A DNA stretch of 63,596 nt, filler included, from Basidiobolus ranarum (Eukaryota): NCBI GenBank assembly GCA_040143965.1. It is 50 parts of 50 records of this genome, joined end to end, with 100 filler letters (N's around TTAATTAATTAA, not from the genome) between each part and the next. Parts side by side here need not be neighbours in the genome. Positions count along the whole stretch, not along the records: positions 1 to 1,180 come from JASJQH010006113.1; positions 1,281 to 2,460 come from JASJQH010006114.1; positions 2,561 to 3,740 come from JASJQH010006115.1; positions 3,841 to 5,020 come from JASJQH010006116.1; positions 5,121 to 6,300 come from JASJQH010006117.1; positions 6,401 to 7,580 come from JASJQH010006118.1; positions 7,681 to 8,858 come from JASJQH010006119.1; positions 8,959 to 10,136 come from JASJQH010006120.1; 42 more parts are not named here. One strand, 5' to 3'. The first letter of the stretch is position 1. Each line of letters begins with the position of its first letter. Shown here piece after piece: positions 1 through 11,686 of this stretch. The position numbers and the translations under genes were made by a program. The notes beneath the pieces are model-generated. The model searched no databases, was not told where the DNA came from, and saw only the letters and a program-made list of their open reading frames with translations.

Positions 1-153
1 CAAGATCTAGAAATTTCACTCCTGAATCTGAAAAAATTGATTAAAATCAAATCTTACTTGATAATTTTATGATGGTAAGTAAACAGTAAATCCCAAATGG
101 ATTAAAATTGTTAAGGTTTTCCTACAATAACAATGCTCAAATTTTTGTCCGGG
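1..153 (-). mobile_element. CACTA/CMC element left (B-type) terminus, degenerate, abutting a transposase fragment
   Basis: Matches the repeated end ...ctcaaatttctgttaggg (here tttttgtccggg) seen at 11686, 25993, 57738. Confidence 0.8.
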
Positions 154-1180
154 TGATCCAATACCAAACTATTCACCATAAAGCTGATGGTATTACCAAT
201 ATACTTGATGGATATTACTACCAGAATATGAAAAGTCAAGGTTTCTTTGGGAACATGTATGATCATGCAATGGCATTGGCTCTGGATGGTTTCTTACTAA
301 ACAAATATACCATTGGAAAGGCTTGGTTGCCAAAAATTTTAATTAACTTAAATCTTCCTCCTTCTGAATGGTAAAAGAGTCACAATACTTTGATACTATC
401 CATCATATCTGGACCAAAATCACCAGTGCTTATAGATAACTTCTTAGATACTTTGAATGTGGAATTTGAATGGTTATCTAATGGTGTTCAGATGGACAAA
501 TATTTTATTAAAGCTAATATCATTGTATGTATTGGTGTCACTCCTGCATCAGTAAACTTGGAGGTTTTTGTGGGCATAATGCACTATCTTGTGGTAGATG
601 TTGACAAATCAATGGAGTTTACTCTATTAAGCATATGCATTACTACTACCTAAATAAAACCCTAAACTCCATGATTTTCCCATCAACAGCCTGGTAACAT
701 TTCAATATAATCACTAATATTAATTCACCAAATAGTCAGTGTAGCATCAAACTTGGTATTAGCTGTAAGCCTAGGATTATATTGCTAAAGGGGACCAGCT
801 AGAGCCAGAGCTTCCCATTAGGCACTATGCACTTACTATTCAACAACATTCCAATACTACTTACTCTGCTATATAATGGAAAAGTTAATATGAATAAGCC
901 ATTTGAGATGGGATCCAAGTTCGGCATGTTTGGAAACATGCTTGAAAACATCAAGACACCATCATATTTTACCAGGACACCCATCAATATCCACTCATTT
1001 AGGTGTTTAATCAACTCCAACGACTGGAAGTATTGGATTTGTTTATATTCAAGTACAATCTTGAAAAGATTTCTGTATGATAAGTATTGGCAAAATTGTG
1101 AGTTGTTTGTTGATATTGTTAATATATTCTTATGGCATCAACTCACATTGCCCAATATCAGGCAGATACAGCAACTGTGC
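154..1180 (+). mobile_element. CACTA/EnSpm (Tnp2 family) transposase pseudogene fragment, catalytic core
   Basis: Motifs LALDGF, INLNLPP, GPKSP, MHLLFNN, WKYW; stops and frameshifts. Confidence 0.9.
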
Positions 1181-1280
1181 NNNNNNNNNNNNNNNNNNNN
1201 NNNNNNNNNNNNNNNNNNNNNNNNTTAATTAATTAANNNNNNNNNNNNNNNNNNNNNNNNNNNNNNNNNNNNNNNNNNNN
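1181..1280. other. Artificial contig linker N44-TTAATTAATTAA-N44 (first of 49, recurring every ~1.27 kb up to 62330-62429)
   Basis: Identical 100-bp unit with a six-frame stop 12-mer; intervening contig lengths fall from 1180 to ~1167 bp. Confidence 0.98.
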
Positions 1281-2450
1281 TGGCTTGTTGAGAGGTGCCA
1301 GGTGTTGGATAAACTTCCAAATTTAGCACTCTTCCAACTGGTGTACCCAGTTCCATGGTGAAATTAAGCTTTTTTGCCAGTATATCTGACTCTGGAATTG
1401 CAGATCTTTGTAATGGTGTGAAGAATTTGGTAAGTGGGACAGTAGAGCCTAAACTCACTGGCTCCTTTGCTTTTCCCTTGGGTTTACTAACTTCCTGCTC
1501 CTTCAGTACTTCTTTAGCTGCTTTTCTTTCTTTTCCAAGTTGATAATTGTGTACATTTTTGAGATGTTTCATGAATAGGCCTATACTAGCCCAATTGCCA
1601 TTTGCTTGCAAAAACCCAGGATAAGCCACATGAAATAAGTCAAGAACCTTCAGAGTAATGCCTGGTTTTTGGTTTTTCCACAATTGACTCAAATCCAGGT
1701 GATTTTGGGCAAGATTCCACACAGTTTCCAAAATGTTAAACCACTCATCATCAGAGCAAGTGATGGCAGCTCTGACATTCAGAGTCTTTTGGTTTGCTGG
1801 TTTTCCTATGAGATTTCTACTTTTGCATGCCCAAGCAATTTTGGGTTTTTGTGTAGGTTTAATGGTCCAACACATATTCTGCTCTGCTAGATTGTTGCGG
1901 TGAAATTTATATGTATGGTGTGGGATTGACTGAAGTCCTGTATGAGAATGGATGGAGGGAGCAGCATGTTGCTGTAGCTCAAGAACAGCATTCTGAAGGT
2001 CTTGTATCATTGTTAAGTGACTCTCTGACTGTTGACTAGTTGCTTCCAAATGCTGCATTAATTGCAATACTGTGGTGCTATTGTTTGTCATGGCCCGGAT
2101 AGCAACTTCATAGTTTTTACTTATGATTGCATACAAATCATTATGGTGTTCTGCCTGCAATTACCTTATTGTAATAATTCTATTTAAATTTTCTTTGGAG
2201 GGTTGTTCAATAGTGGGCAAAGTAGCCATTTTGAAAGTTGATGGTCTTGATGGTGTTTTGGTTGAACTTTACTCAACTATTGATTTACTACATAATTGGG
2301 GGATTACAATCTCTTCACTTGCACTCTCGCCGGAAAGGAACACATCTTGTAAATTGATTAATGCTTCATCATTACTTGAGTAAGTTTCTGGCATGTTAAT
2401 GCCTTCCAAAGTGGATAGTGGATTGCTAGACTGCTCATCAATTATGTAGT
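1281..2450 (-). mobile_element. CACTA element accessory gene (ORF2), best-preserved copy, partial
   Basis: ~290-codon open stretch (QAEHHNDLYAII...NWASIGLFMKHLKN...); homologous copies at 11687, 20456, 35953, 48472, 53063. Confidence 0.8.
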
Positions 2451-2560
2451 AAATCAATAGNNNNNNNNNNNNNNNNNNNNNNNNNNNNNNNNNNNNNNNN
2501 NNNNTTAATTAATTAANNNNNNNNNNNNNNNNNNNNNNNNNNNNNNNNNNNNNNNNNNNN

Positions 2561-3001
2561 ACTCCCTTAGATTCCACTTCCAGGTGTTTACAAATGTGAG
2601 ACTATTAAAATGAAGATCTTAGTTCCAACCAACTACCATTAGCGTATATTGAGTTAATACCTTCGGATTAGCTTCTAACTTTAAAGTGGGGGCGTCAAAT
2701 AATTTCACCGGTTCAATACCATCCCAGTTATTATATTCTCTGGGAAAGTCACAAGTATAAATATGGCCAGTTACAGAGGTGACTTTAAACTTAGCTGGTT
2801 TACCGAAAAAAACCCCTTGGTATTCCCAAACTGGACAAGTTGCAGAAACAGAGCGTCTTGAACTTAACTGTAACAATAATAAATATAGGCTCAAATCCAG
2901 ACAAAACTTCGTTTACCTACCTGATCATTGGAAAGAATTTTTGCAATAGCTTGAGCTAGAGAAGGCTTTTCAGCCACCATAAGAACGGTTGGCATCCCCA
3001 T
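2561..3001 (-). CDS. TOP3B: DNA topoisomerase III beta, 5' part (exons 3001-2921, 2867-2661, 2601-<2561)
   Basis: MGMPTVLMVAEKPSLAQAIAKILS...FKVTSVTGHIYTCDF...EANPK Toprim motifs; two GT-AG introns (53 and 59 nt) splice in frame. Confidence 0.88.
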
Positions 3002-3443
3002 ATCTTTAGGAAATGATTTACTGTGGAGCACCAACTTTCTCTATCGGTTATTTAATGCTCTGTAGCTTTGGTCATGCATATAAAGATTTTATTGGATATA
3101 TTGTTACCTGAGTTGATCGAAATTTTATCATCAATTATGGATGTCGTGTTCTAGGTGTAGATACATGTTTGATAGATGACATTACAGCTTTGTGACATAC
3201 TCTATCATGTGACCATGTTTATGTGCAATAAAAGGCAACTCTTGAACGCGCAAGTAATGTACGGTACAATAATCAACCTTCATAGTAGCAACGATAATAC
3301 TCAATAAACTAAGGATAAAGATTATATTTTATAATCACATACACTAAATAATATGACTTATTTTTCAATTGAATTTATGAAATTGAGGGAGAATCGAGAA
3401 ATGAGAAGTGTATTGATATGCTAAAGATTTACTAAGATTATCA

Positions 3444-3740
3444 GTTATTCCTTCTTTCCATAAGCTTCATGGAAAGCTTGGGGAAGGGGGTTGGGTGTTT
3501 GCTTATATTCAAGTACTTCACCGCGTTCTTCCATTCTACGCTCAGCTTCACGATAAGCCCAGTTTACAAAACTAAAGTGAAGCAGAAAGGTCACATTTAG
3601 AATATGAAAAGAAAAGATTCGGGTTCACCATTGATACTATGTATGAGAAAGCAAATATTTACCTAGAGTCAGGTTTGTAGTAAAGACCAACTGCGGCGAA
3701 AAGGAAACCACCGTACATACCAAAGTACCAAATGTCTTCC
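3444..3740 (-). CDS. NDUFB11: NADH:ubiquinone oxidoreductase ESSS subunit (NDUFB11-like), 3' part (exons >3740-3663, 3571-3444)
   Basis: EDIWYFGMYGGFLFAAVGLYYKPDSS/FVNWAYREAERRMEERG fits the ESSS pattern (TM-YKPD-x4-WA-x2-EA-x-RR); 91-nt GT-AG intron. Confidence 0.8.
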
Positions 3741-3840
3741 NNNNNNNNNNNNNNNNNNNNNNNNNNNNNNNNNNNNNNNNNNNNTTAATTAATTAANNNN
3801 NNNNNNNNNNNNNNNNNNNNNNNNNNNNNNNNNNNNNNNN

Positions 3841-3862
3841 CTCCCAACTGAGCTAAGATGGC
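3841..3862 (-). tRNA. tRNA 5' fragment cut by contig end (probably tRNA-Phe)
   Basis: GCCATCTTAGCTCAGTTGGGAG = acceptor 5' strand plus D-arm typical of tRNA-Phe; anticodon not visible. Confidence 0.6.
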
Positions 3863-4140
3863 TAGTACAAGCAAGATACTTTTCTTACTTAATTGTTGGC
3901 TTAATCCTTATCATATCCAAAGTTGTGCATATTACAAAAAGAATAGTATCCAGAAGATCCCGCATAACAAGGGAATATCAGTATATGAGTTGACTTGTGT
4001 AGATAATTTATCTGTAAGATCTAGCCGTATACTCAGCAAGCACCAGATGATTTGATTTAAATCACTCATTATAACGAGGGGGGAGACTCTAGTAAATTTT
4101 AAGGAACACGTTTTTTGCGATCAGTACTCAGAAACAAGTA

Positions 4141-4214
4141 GCTCTTGTGGCGCAATTGGCTAGCGCGTCTGACTGTTAATCAGGAGGTTGGTGGTTCAAG
4201 CCCACCCAGGAGCG
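4141..4214 (+). tRNA. tRNA-Asn(GTT)
   Basis: Acceptor GCTCTTG/CAGGAGC, anticodon arm TCTGA-CTGTTAA-TCAGG, GTTCAAG T-loop, downstream T-run. Confidence 0.96.
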
Positions 4215-4436
4215 AGTCTTTTTATTTATTATGTTAATCGTTTACTGTAATTCCTTTTTGTTTGAAGCCTCATCTCGTCTTGTCTCAAGCATGGAATTGA
4301 TGAGCATCTTCTAACAAAACGAGGTAATGATACCTTACAGTATTGGTATATCGGCTTGATTGTTTGTACCGCTTAGCCTAGGTGCAAAATATACTTTATT
4401 CTCAGCCTAGTTACTGACTGACTTTCACAAAAAATG

Positions 4437-4519
4437 TCCGAACAACCGGATTTGAACCAGTGACCTAGAGATTGCTATAACACTACAGTCTCCCGCTCTA
4501 CCAACTGAGCTATGTTCGG
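4437..4519 (-). tRNA. tRNA-Tyr(GTA) with ~10-nt intron
   Basis: Acceptor CCGAACA/TGTTCGG (C1-G72), GGAGA-CTGTAG[tgttatagca]A-TCTCT, GTTCAAA T-loop, downstream T-run. Confidence 0.93.
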
Positions 4520-4812
4520 AACTCTGATTGGAGTGGAATCTTTATGATCATAGCAGTTTAACTTTACACCGAGCACCCGGAGCCGACCTCCAGGTCAATG
4601 ATTCTTTTGAAAAAAAATCCCATGAAAAATTTACAAAGGGCTTTAATATCGATATCGATATCGATATCGATATGTTAACTAAACGAGCAAGCTATCAACT
4701 CAAAGGAAGCTGATAGCAATTTTGGTAAGATGTTAAGAGCGCAGTGTTAGTACCCACAATACTGGAGATACTGTACTCTGCTCCTTTCCCTTCACTGAGG
4801 TGCCAAAAGAAA

Positions 4813-4885
4813 TGCCTTCTGCCGGAATTGAACCAGCGACCTTCTGCTTACTAGGCAGACGCTCTGCCAACTGAGCCAAGAAGGC
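4813..4885 (-). tRNA. tRNA-Thr(AGT)
   Basis: Acceptor GCCTTCT/AGAAGGC, anticodon arm TCTGC-CTAGTAA-GCAGA, GTTCAAT T-loop. Confidence 0.96.
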
Positions 4886-5120
4886 ATTACAACTGTCAAA
4901 TTTTCCTTTAACAATATTACTTTTTTTGTTAATAGATATACATATTGGAATTCTCGGACATGCTTCATCCACAGCACTCAAGATACTCTTTCTCAAACAA
5001 AATACAACCGTAGATGCTATNNNNNNNNNNNNNNNNNNNNNNNNNNNNNNNNNNNNNNNNNNNNTTAATTAATTAANNNNNNNNNNNNNNNNNNNNNNNN
5101 NNNNNNNNNNNNNNNNNNNN

Positions 5121-5404
5121 GGTAAGGAATATGTTTCATGATTGAAATATCTTCAGAGATCTTTGGTTCTGTATCCTTGGTGAGTTTCAGTGTACGACGT
5201 GGATTTGAAGCTGTTCTACATTCTGACATATTGAATCTGTTTAAAACATCTCAAATATATTTTTCTTGTGTAATACAAAGTGTTCCAATAGTGGAATTTT
5301 GATGTATCTGCATTCCAAGACACTATGCTAATGATCCAAGATCTTGCATTTCAAACTTTGTAGATAGCCAGGTCTTAGTTTGTTTTATCAGATTTGAGCA
5401 ATTA
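5121..5404 (-). mobile_element. Ty1/Copia reverse transcriptase fragment
   Basis: NCSNLIKQTKTWLSTKFEMQDLG...LGMQI; same family as 14071-14772. Confidence 0.85.
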
Positions 5405-6300
5405 CCCTGACAAAAATAATATTGATTTGATCTCAATTGGATGCACCCTCCAAAAGAGCAAAACCATCAGAGAACTGTCACAATTTTGGTGGCTTGCATA
5501 CTGCCAAGGATTTTGATGGTGCGATGGCAGTTTCTTGACAGTATTTTGACCGTATTCATACATGTTAAAATATTGATCCTCAAATTTGGCATGCTTTATT
5601 CAATATCTGGCAATTTTTGCAAAAATAAAATTTTTGAATGGCAAATTACTGGGTTTACTGCTGTAGGAATTCGAATTAATATGCATGCCTTTATTTAGTT
5701 ATTTTAGGCTTTGTATTCCAGCCATAATGAGAATTAAAAAATACAAGAATCTTGTTGTGTCTAGTCTCTACATATGCAAATACTTGACTGATTAGATGTA
5801 ACTCAACAACATCAATATGCTTTCCTAGCAAACTAATGGTGGAATAATTGCTAAACATCTGAAATTTTGAATAGCACTGATACTTGGCAAAGAGCATACT
5901 CTTGTTACTGTTCACAATGAGAATAAGCTCTTGGATTTTGGCAAATTTCCGTAAAGTATTCAGCAAATATATCGCCAACTTGCAGTCAACAAATGTCCTA
6001 CCGCAAGTTGATGTGGCATTGCTGGAATAGATTACCCCATGCCTAAAACACTAATACTGCATATCTTGATCTATCTCACAAAGAAGTCTGTCTTGCAGCT
6101 TTCCTAAAAATACCATCAGATTCTCACACAAGCAAATCAGTCCAATTATAAAGGTACTTAATCTGTGTCCATGGATTGGGCTTTGTTGCTGTTATTGTGC
6201 TCAAACAATGCAAAAACAAGTGAGCACATTGAAAAGAGCCCTTTGTTGGCAGGTTAATATACTCTGGAGTCTCCTTAACCCATCCCATTACATCCATCAC
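5405..6300 (-). mobile_element. CACTA right (A-type) terminus, 3' subterminal region and transposase last exon
   Basis: ccctgacaaaaataat terminus at 5405; C-terminus ...FFNSHYGWNTKPKITK* ends at 5691. Confidence 0.88.
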
Positions 6301-6400
6301 NNNNNNNNNNNNNNNNNNNNNNNNNNNNNNNNNNNNNNNNNNNNTTAATTAATTAANNNNNNNNNNNNNNNNNNNNNNNNNNNNNNNNNNNNNNNNNNNN

Positions 6401-6511
6401 ACTAACACCAGATTGCCAAGAAGGGATGGCACGGCAGAGAGGATGTCATAATCTAATAATAGAAGAGTTCTATTTGCAGTGGATCAGTTTGCCAAGATCA
6501 GAATCATGACA
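6401..6511 (-). repeat. LTR type 2 (chromovirus) 5' part, inserted in CACTA transposase
   Basis: Ends gatcagaatcatgaca as at 42813 and 35952. Confidence 0.85.
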
Positions 6512-7580
6512 CCAAGAAGCTGTCTAAAGGCACTAGTGACTTAGGTCCAGATATGATGGATAGTGACAAAATATGATGACTCTTATACCATTTATAAGGA
6601 GGAAGATTTAATTAATCAAAATTAGCAGCCAACAAGCCTTTCCAATGGTATATTGGTTTAGTGAGAAACCATCCAGAGCCAATGCAAATGCATGATCATA
6701 TGTGTTCTCAAAGAAACCTTGACTTTTCAGATTCTGGTGGTAATATCCATCAAGTATATTGGTAATACCATCAGCTTTATGGTGAGTACTTTGGTATTGG
6801 AGCAATGAACTATATTTGGGTGATTTCATGGTGAGTACTTTGGTATTGGATCAATGATCTATATTTGGGTGATTTCATCAAAACTTAAAGACGGGGAATC
6901 AATGGTATGTAAGGCAAATATGAAAGGTATTCACCTGATTCAGTGAATGCCAATTGTGTGCAAACAGTACATGACCTCATGTTTCTCAGATCACCAGTGA
7001 AAGCCAAACAACCATTTGGACATGAAGGTAGTTTAATTACTGAAGGATTATAAGTCATACAATTGACAAGTGTTTTCCACTTGTACCCAGTCTGTGGCAA
7101 GCAGCAGTTGCCAATCAACTGTGGTAAAAGTGTAGAAAACCAATAAACACCTGGTTGCTAAGATTGGATTGAACTCTCCACTCCTCAATAACCAAAGCTG
7201 CTTCCTTTACACTAAGTATTATGAGTTGTCTAATGTTTGCCAATAACAAAGAGTCCATAACAGAACCATCATCTTCTTCTTAAACTTCTGATATATTACC
7301 ATCAGTACTGGAATAACTAAGGTTAACATTGAGCAGCAAGTCCTCAAAGTTGTCTGGACTTACTGATTTGACCAAAGTTGCATTTCTAACTACATCATTC
7401 TGGTCATATGACTGGGGTAACTCCACAGTATCTTGACTTTTGGCAGTTAACTAAAGATTTGAGGCAAAGTACAAGCAGTGGACTCAATGGGCAAAACTAA
7501 AGTCAATTTAGTGCACTTATTACTGTTATTATACACCAGGCTTTGTGCAGCTGGTGGCTTTCTACAGTGACCATGCTTGT
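6512..7580 (-). mobile_element. CACTA transposase pseudogene, N-terminal half
   Basis: CPNGCLAFTGDL..CTVC, YIPLIPRL, ALDGF; ~49-bp tandem duplication near 6780-6878. Confidence 0.9.
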
Positions 7581-7680
7581 NNNNNNNNNNNNNNNNNNNN
7601 NNNNNNNNNNNNNNNNNNNNNNNNTTAATTAATTAANNNNNNNNNNNNNNNNNNNNNNNNNNNNNNNNNNNNNNNNNNNN

Positions 7681-8858
7681 TACTATCCAAATACAAAACT
7701 AAACTGCATGATTTTACCATCCAGAGCCTGGTCAGATTTCAACATGAGCACTGATATCCATCCACCAAATAGTCAGTTGGATATCATACTAGGTATTAGC
7801 TGTAAGCCTAAGATTATATTGCTAAAGGGGATCAGCTGGAGCCAGAGCTTGCAATAAGGCACTATGCACTTACTATTCAACAACATTCCAATACTACTTA
7901 CTCAGCTATATAGTGGAAAAACAACATTCCAATACTAATTACTCAGCTATATATTTGAAATCTCAATATGAATGAGCCATTCAAGATAGGATCAAAGGTT
8001 GAATCAATTGGGAAAATGCTTGAAAATGTCAAGCTATCATCATATTTTACCAGGATTACCATCAATATCCACTCATCTAGGCATTTATTCAAATGCACAG
8101 ACTGGAAGTATTGGATTTGTATATATTCAAGTGCAATCTTGAAAGATTTCTGCCTGCTGAGTAATGGCAACTTAGGGAGTTGTTTATGAATATTTTTAAT
8201 ATATTCTTACAGCATCAACTCACATTGGCAAATCTCAGGCAGATTCAGCAATGGTGCAAAGATTTTGTAATTTGATAAGAAATTCTTTATCATGGCTGAG
8301 AGAAGATAGACTGAATCTATGCCAGTTTTCAATACATTCTCTGCTGCTTCTTTCACAATGCTTAGAGATTATAGGCCCTTGCTCTACATGCTGGGAGTTG
8401 CTAATGGAGCCCACCTGCGGTGAAATGATGCTCTGTGTGAGATTGTCAGTATTACCATATGCTCATCTGTTTAACAATGTATCAGTATGATCAGTGATGA
8501 ATGTGATGCAATGGGTTAAGGAGACTTCAAAGCATAATAACCTACCAACAAAGGGCTCTTTTCAATGTGCTCATGGGCTTTTGCATGGTTTGAGCTTAAT
8601 AGCAGCAATAAAACCCAATCCATGGATTCAGAGTAAGTATCTCTATAATTTGGACTGATTTGTTTGTGTGATAATCTGATGGTATTTCAAGAAAAGCTGC
8701 AAGACTGACTTCTTGGTGAGATATATCAAGATATACAGTATTATTTCTTAGCCATGGGGTAATCTATTCAAGCAATGACACATCTACTTGTGGCAGGACA
8801 TTTGTTGACTGCAAGTTGGGGATATTTTGGCTGAATTCTTTATGGAAATTTGCCAAAA
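7681..8858 (+). mobile_element. CACTA transposase pseudogene, C-terminal half
   Basis: MHLLFNN, FKCTDWKYW, HSLL, GPC..WE..ME.TCG. Confidence 0.9.
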
Positions 8859-8958
8859 NNNNNNNNNNNNNNNNNNNNNNNNNNNNNNNNNNNNNNNNNN
8901 NNTTAATTAATTAANNNNNNNNNNNNNNNNNNNNNNNNNNNNNNNNNNNNNNNNNNNN

Positions 8959-10136
8959 GGACATGCTTATTCCCAATAGCCTCCCTAACAAAGTGATGTT
9001 GAATGTCAATGTGCTTACTTCTAGCATAAAATTTGGGATTTTTTGCTAAAGAAATACAACTATGATTATCCTTATAAATTATGGTGGGTGAACTTTGAAA
9101 AATGCCCAAGTCTTTCAACAGTTTTCTTAACCACATAGCCTCCTTTGTTGTATGTGATGCTACCATGAATTCTGCTTCAGTTGTTGAAAGTGCTATGGTA
9201 GGTTGTTTCTTGCTATTCCAAGATAGGACTGCTTCACTGTAGAGAAAGGTATATCCAGTGATACATCTTCTGTCCTCAATAGCACATCCCCAATCTGATA
9301 TTACTAAACCCATTTAGATCCTTATTCTCATAAGTATATGTGTATCTTAATCCCAGATCAATTGTCCCCTTCAAATATCTGAAAATCTGCTAACTGCTGC
9401 ATAATGCTCAGATCCTGGGTTTTGCACATGTTGGCTGACTACTCCCGCTGCAAAAGAGATATCTGGCCGGGTTCCAGTCACAGCATAGATCAAACTACCT
9501 ACCATAGATTGATAAGGGAACTCAGGGCTTTCAAATGACATATTTTGAGCCATATTTGGGCCAATATCCATCATTTTTGATGGGATTTTTAAACTAGTTT
9601 CACAACTTGGATCCATGGGAGTTGCTACTGGCTTACAATTCTACATCCTGTAATGTCTGAAAATGTCTGAGAATGTCTGAGATATATTAAGATTGATTCA
9701 GAGTAATAGATTTGCTTAATGTATCTGTATAGATCTGCAGACTTGAAAATATATAAGTTCACCTATATTGGTCATCTTGAATTGGACTGATAGATCTCTT
9801 TTGGTGTTCCTCAGAGCTTCATCATTATTAGTAGATATAAGCAGATCATCTACATATAAGGCAAGTATCACCCTACTGTCCTTATCTGTCTGAAAGTAGA
9901 TCCCAAAATCCACCGTACTCTTTTGGAAATCAAATGATTCCAAGTATGTGTCTATCTTAGTGTACCAAGCCCTGGGTGATTGTTTAAGTCCATAAAGTGA
10001 TTTTTGTAGCTTACACATGTCCTCAGGGTGCTCAGGATCCACAAAACCATCTGGTTGATCCATGAATATATCCTCTTCCAAGTCCCCATTCAAAAAAGCA
10101 GTTTTAACATCCATTTGATGGATTTTTAAGCTGTGT
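8959..10136 (-). mobile_element. Ty1/Copia RT-RNase H fragment
   Basis: [53 protein letters not shown]. Confidence 0.96.
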
Positions 10137-10236
10137 NNNNNNNNNNNNNNNNNNNNNNNNNNNNNNNNNNNNNNNNNNNNTTAATTAATTAANNNNNNNN
10201 NNNNNNNNNNNNNNNNNNNNNNNNNNNNNNNNNNNN

Positions 10237-11414
10237 ATTTCAATATGGAGAATCATAATCTTTAGACCTGTGTCAGTCTCCACCATTGCTTTGAATTTCT
10301 TGAAGGTATCAAAGGCTTCATTGTTACTGGCCAGAAAGTACACCCAAGTATACTTTGTCTTATCATCGATAAAGGCCATAAAATTCCTTCTTCCACCTGA
10401 TTTTGTCTGCATTGGGCCACACAGATCTGAGTGTATAAGGCCCAATTTTTGATCAATTTTGCTCATTCCAGCGCTCACAAATGGCTGTCTGTGTTGCCTA
10501 CCATATAGGTAACATTTGCATAGTTCCAGATCCAGTGGAATTACAAAGTTTAGTCCTACAACCATCTTGTTTTTGATGAAATTTCTAATATTTGCAGCTT
10601 GTAGATGCCCCAATCTCCTATGCCAGATTTTCCAGTCTATCTCTTCAGCTGTGGCAGTATTATCTTGTTCATATATTGGCCTAATATAATGATGTTTATA
10701 AAAGTTATTTTCTATCCCAGGAACATATAGCACATTTTTTGGTGTCAAATACATGTCCCCAGAGATGCCCCCAAGATCCACTTCAATTTCTCCCACTCCC
10801 AGAGCTTCCAGTGGCCAGTCATCTCCCACATAAACCTACTTGTTTATGTCAGTTTTGAGTGTCTTAAACCAGTTTTTTTGGTTATAGAAATGTTGAGAGG
10901 CACCAGAATCTGTTAAAGTATTTGGGAGCCTGTTGGAAGTAGTTTGGAGAATTAGAGGAATTGGTGGTTTTCACTTTTTGATTTATTGAGTTGAAAGTTG
11001 ACATTTATAGTTTTGTCAAGATGTAAACAAACTAACATTTAGAATATGTTAAGGAAGGTCCCAGGAACATGTGTGCAAAGTTTGGAGCTTCTAGCACAAG
11101 TTTGAAGAATCTATATGTCTGAGAACTTCTAGGTTGGTAAAAATATTCCAAGTAAATTCCAATTGAGAATAATTGATAATATCTTAGTGAGTTATAAGAT
11201 AACTAATTACTAAGTTATATATGACTATATAGATGTTTAGGCAATGCTAATTTCAACAGAATCAGTATACCACAACCTACAGTCTTGTTCAGACATCACT
11301 GATAGGGCAGAAATGAATAAAACTTCCTCTTTGGTTGAAACCTGATTTGCTTGTTCTGACTTCTCACTTTTGTTGTAATTTCTTGATTTGCAATCTTTTA
11401 ACTGGTGTCCTGGT
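10237..11414 (-). mobile_element. Ty1/Copia gag zinc knuckle-protease-pre-integrase-integrase fragment, interrupted by a solo LTR
   Basis: WYTD/SGASQH protease motif, WHRRLGH, IHSDLCGP, FIDDKTKYTWVYFL. Confidence 0.93.
10911..11258 (-). repeat. Solo LTR type 1 (Copia), 348 bp, 5-bp TSD GAATC
   Basis: TG...CA ends; GAATC at 10906-10910 and 11259-11263. Confidence 0.95.
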
Positions 11415-11514
11415 NNNNNNNNNNNNNNNNNNNNNNNNNNNNNNNNNNNNNNNNNNNNTTAATTAATTAANNNNNNNNNNNNNNNNNNNNNNNNNNNNNN
11501 NNNNNNNNNNNNNN

Positions 11515-11686
11515 ATAGAACAACATCACATCAAACTTGATGATTTTATGCAGGTAAGTAAACCGTCAATCCCAAATGGATTAAAATTGTGAAGGGTTTC
11601 CTACAATAACAACGCTCAAATTATCCCAAATGGATTAAAATTGTGAAGGGTTTCCTACAATAACAATGCTCAAATTTCTGTTAGGG
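11515..11686 (-). mobile_element. CACTA left terminus with internal tandem duplication
   Basis: Ends caaatttctgttaggg; ~55-bp unit repeated between 11569 and 11676. Confidence 0.85.

Noticed and set aside
1181-1280. ORFs ending in XXXX...LIN, and apparent gene neighbourhoods across gaps
   Set aside because: They run through linkers; adjacency between contigs has no biological meaning.
4646-4672. Palindromic (ATCGAT)n tract between tRNA genes
   Set aside because: About four units of a simple microsatellite; no evidence of function.
4733-4996. ORFs overlapping tRNA-Thr
   Set aside because: Translations run across a clear tRNA gene; spurious.
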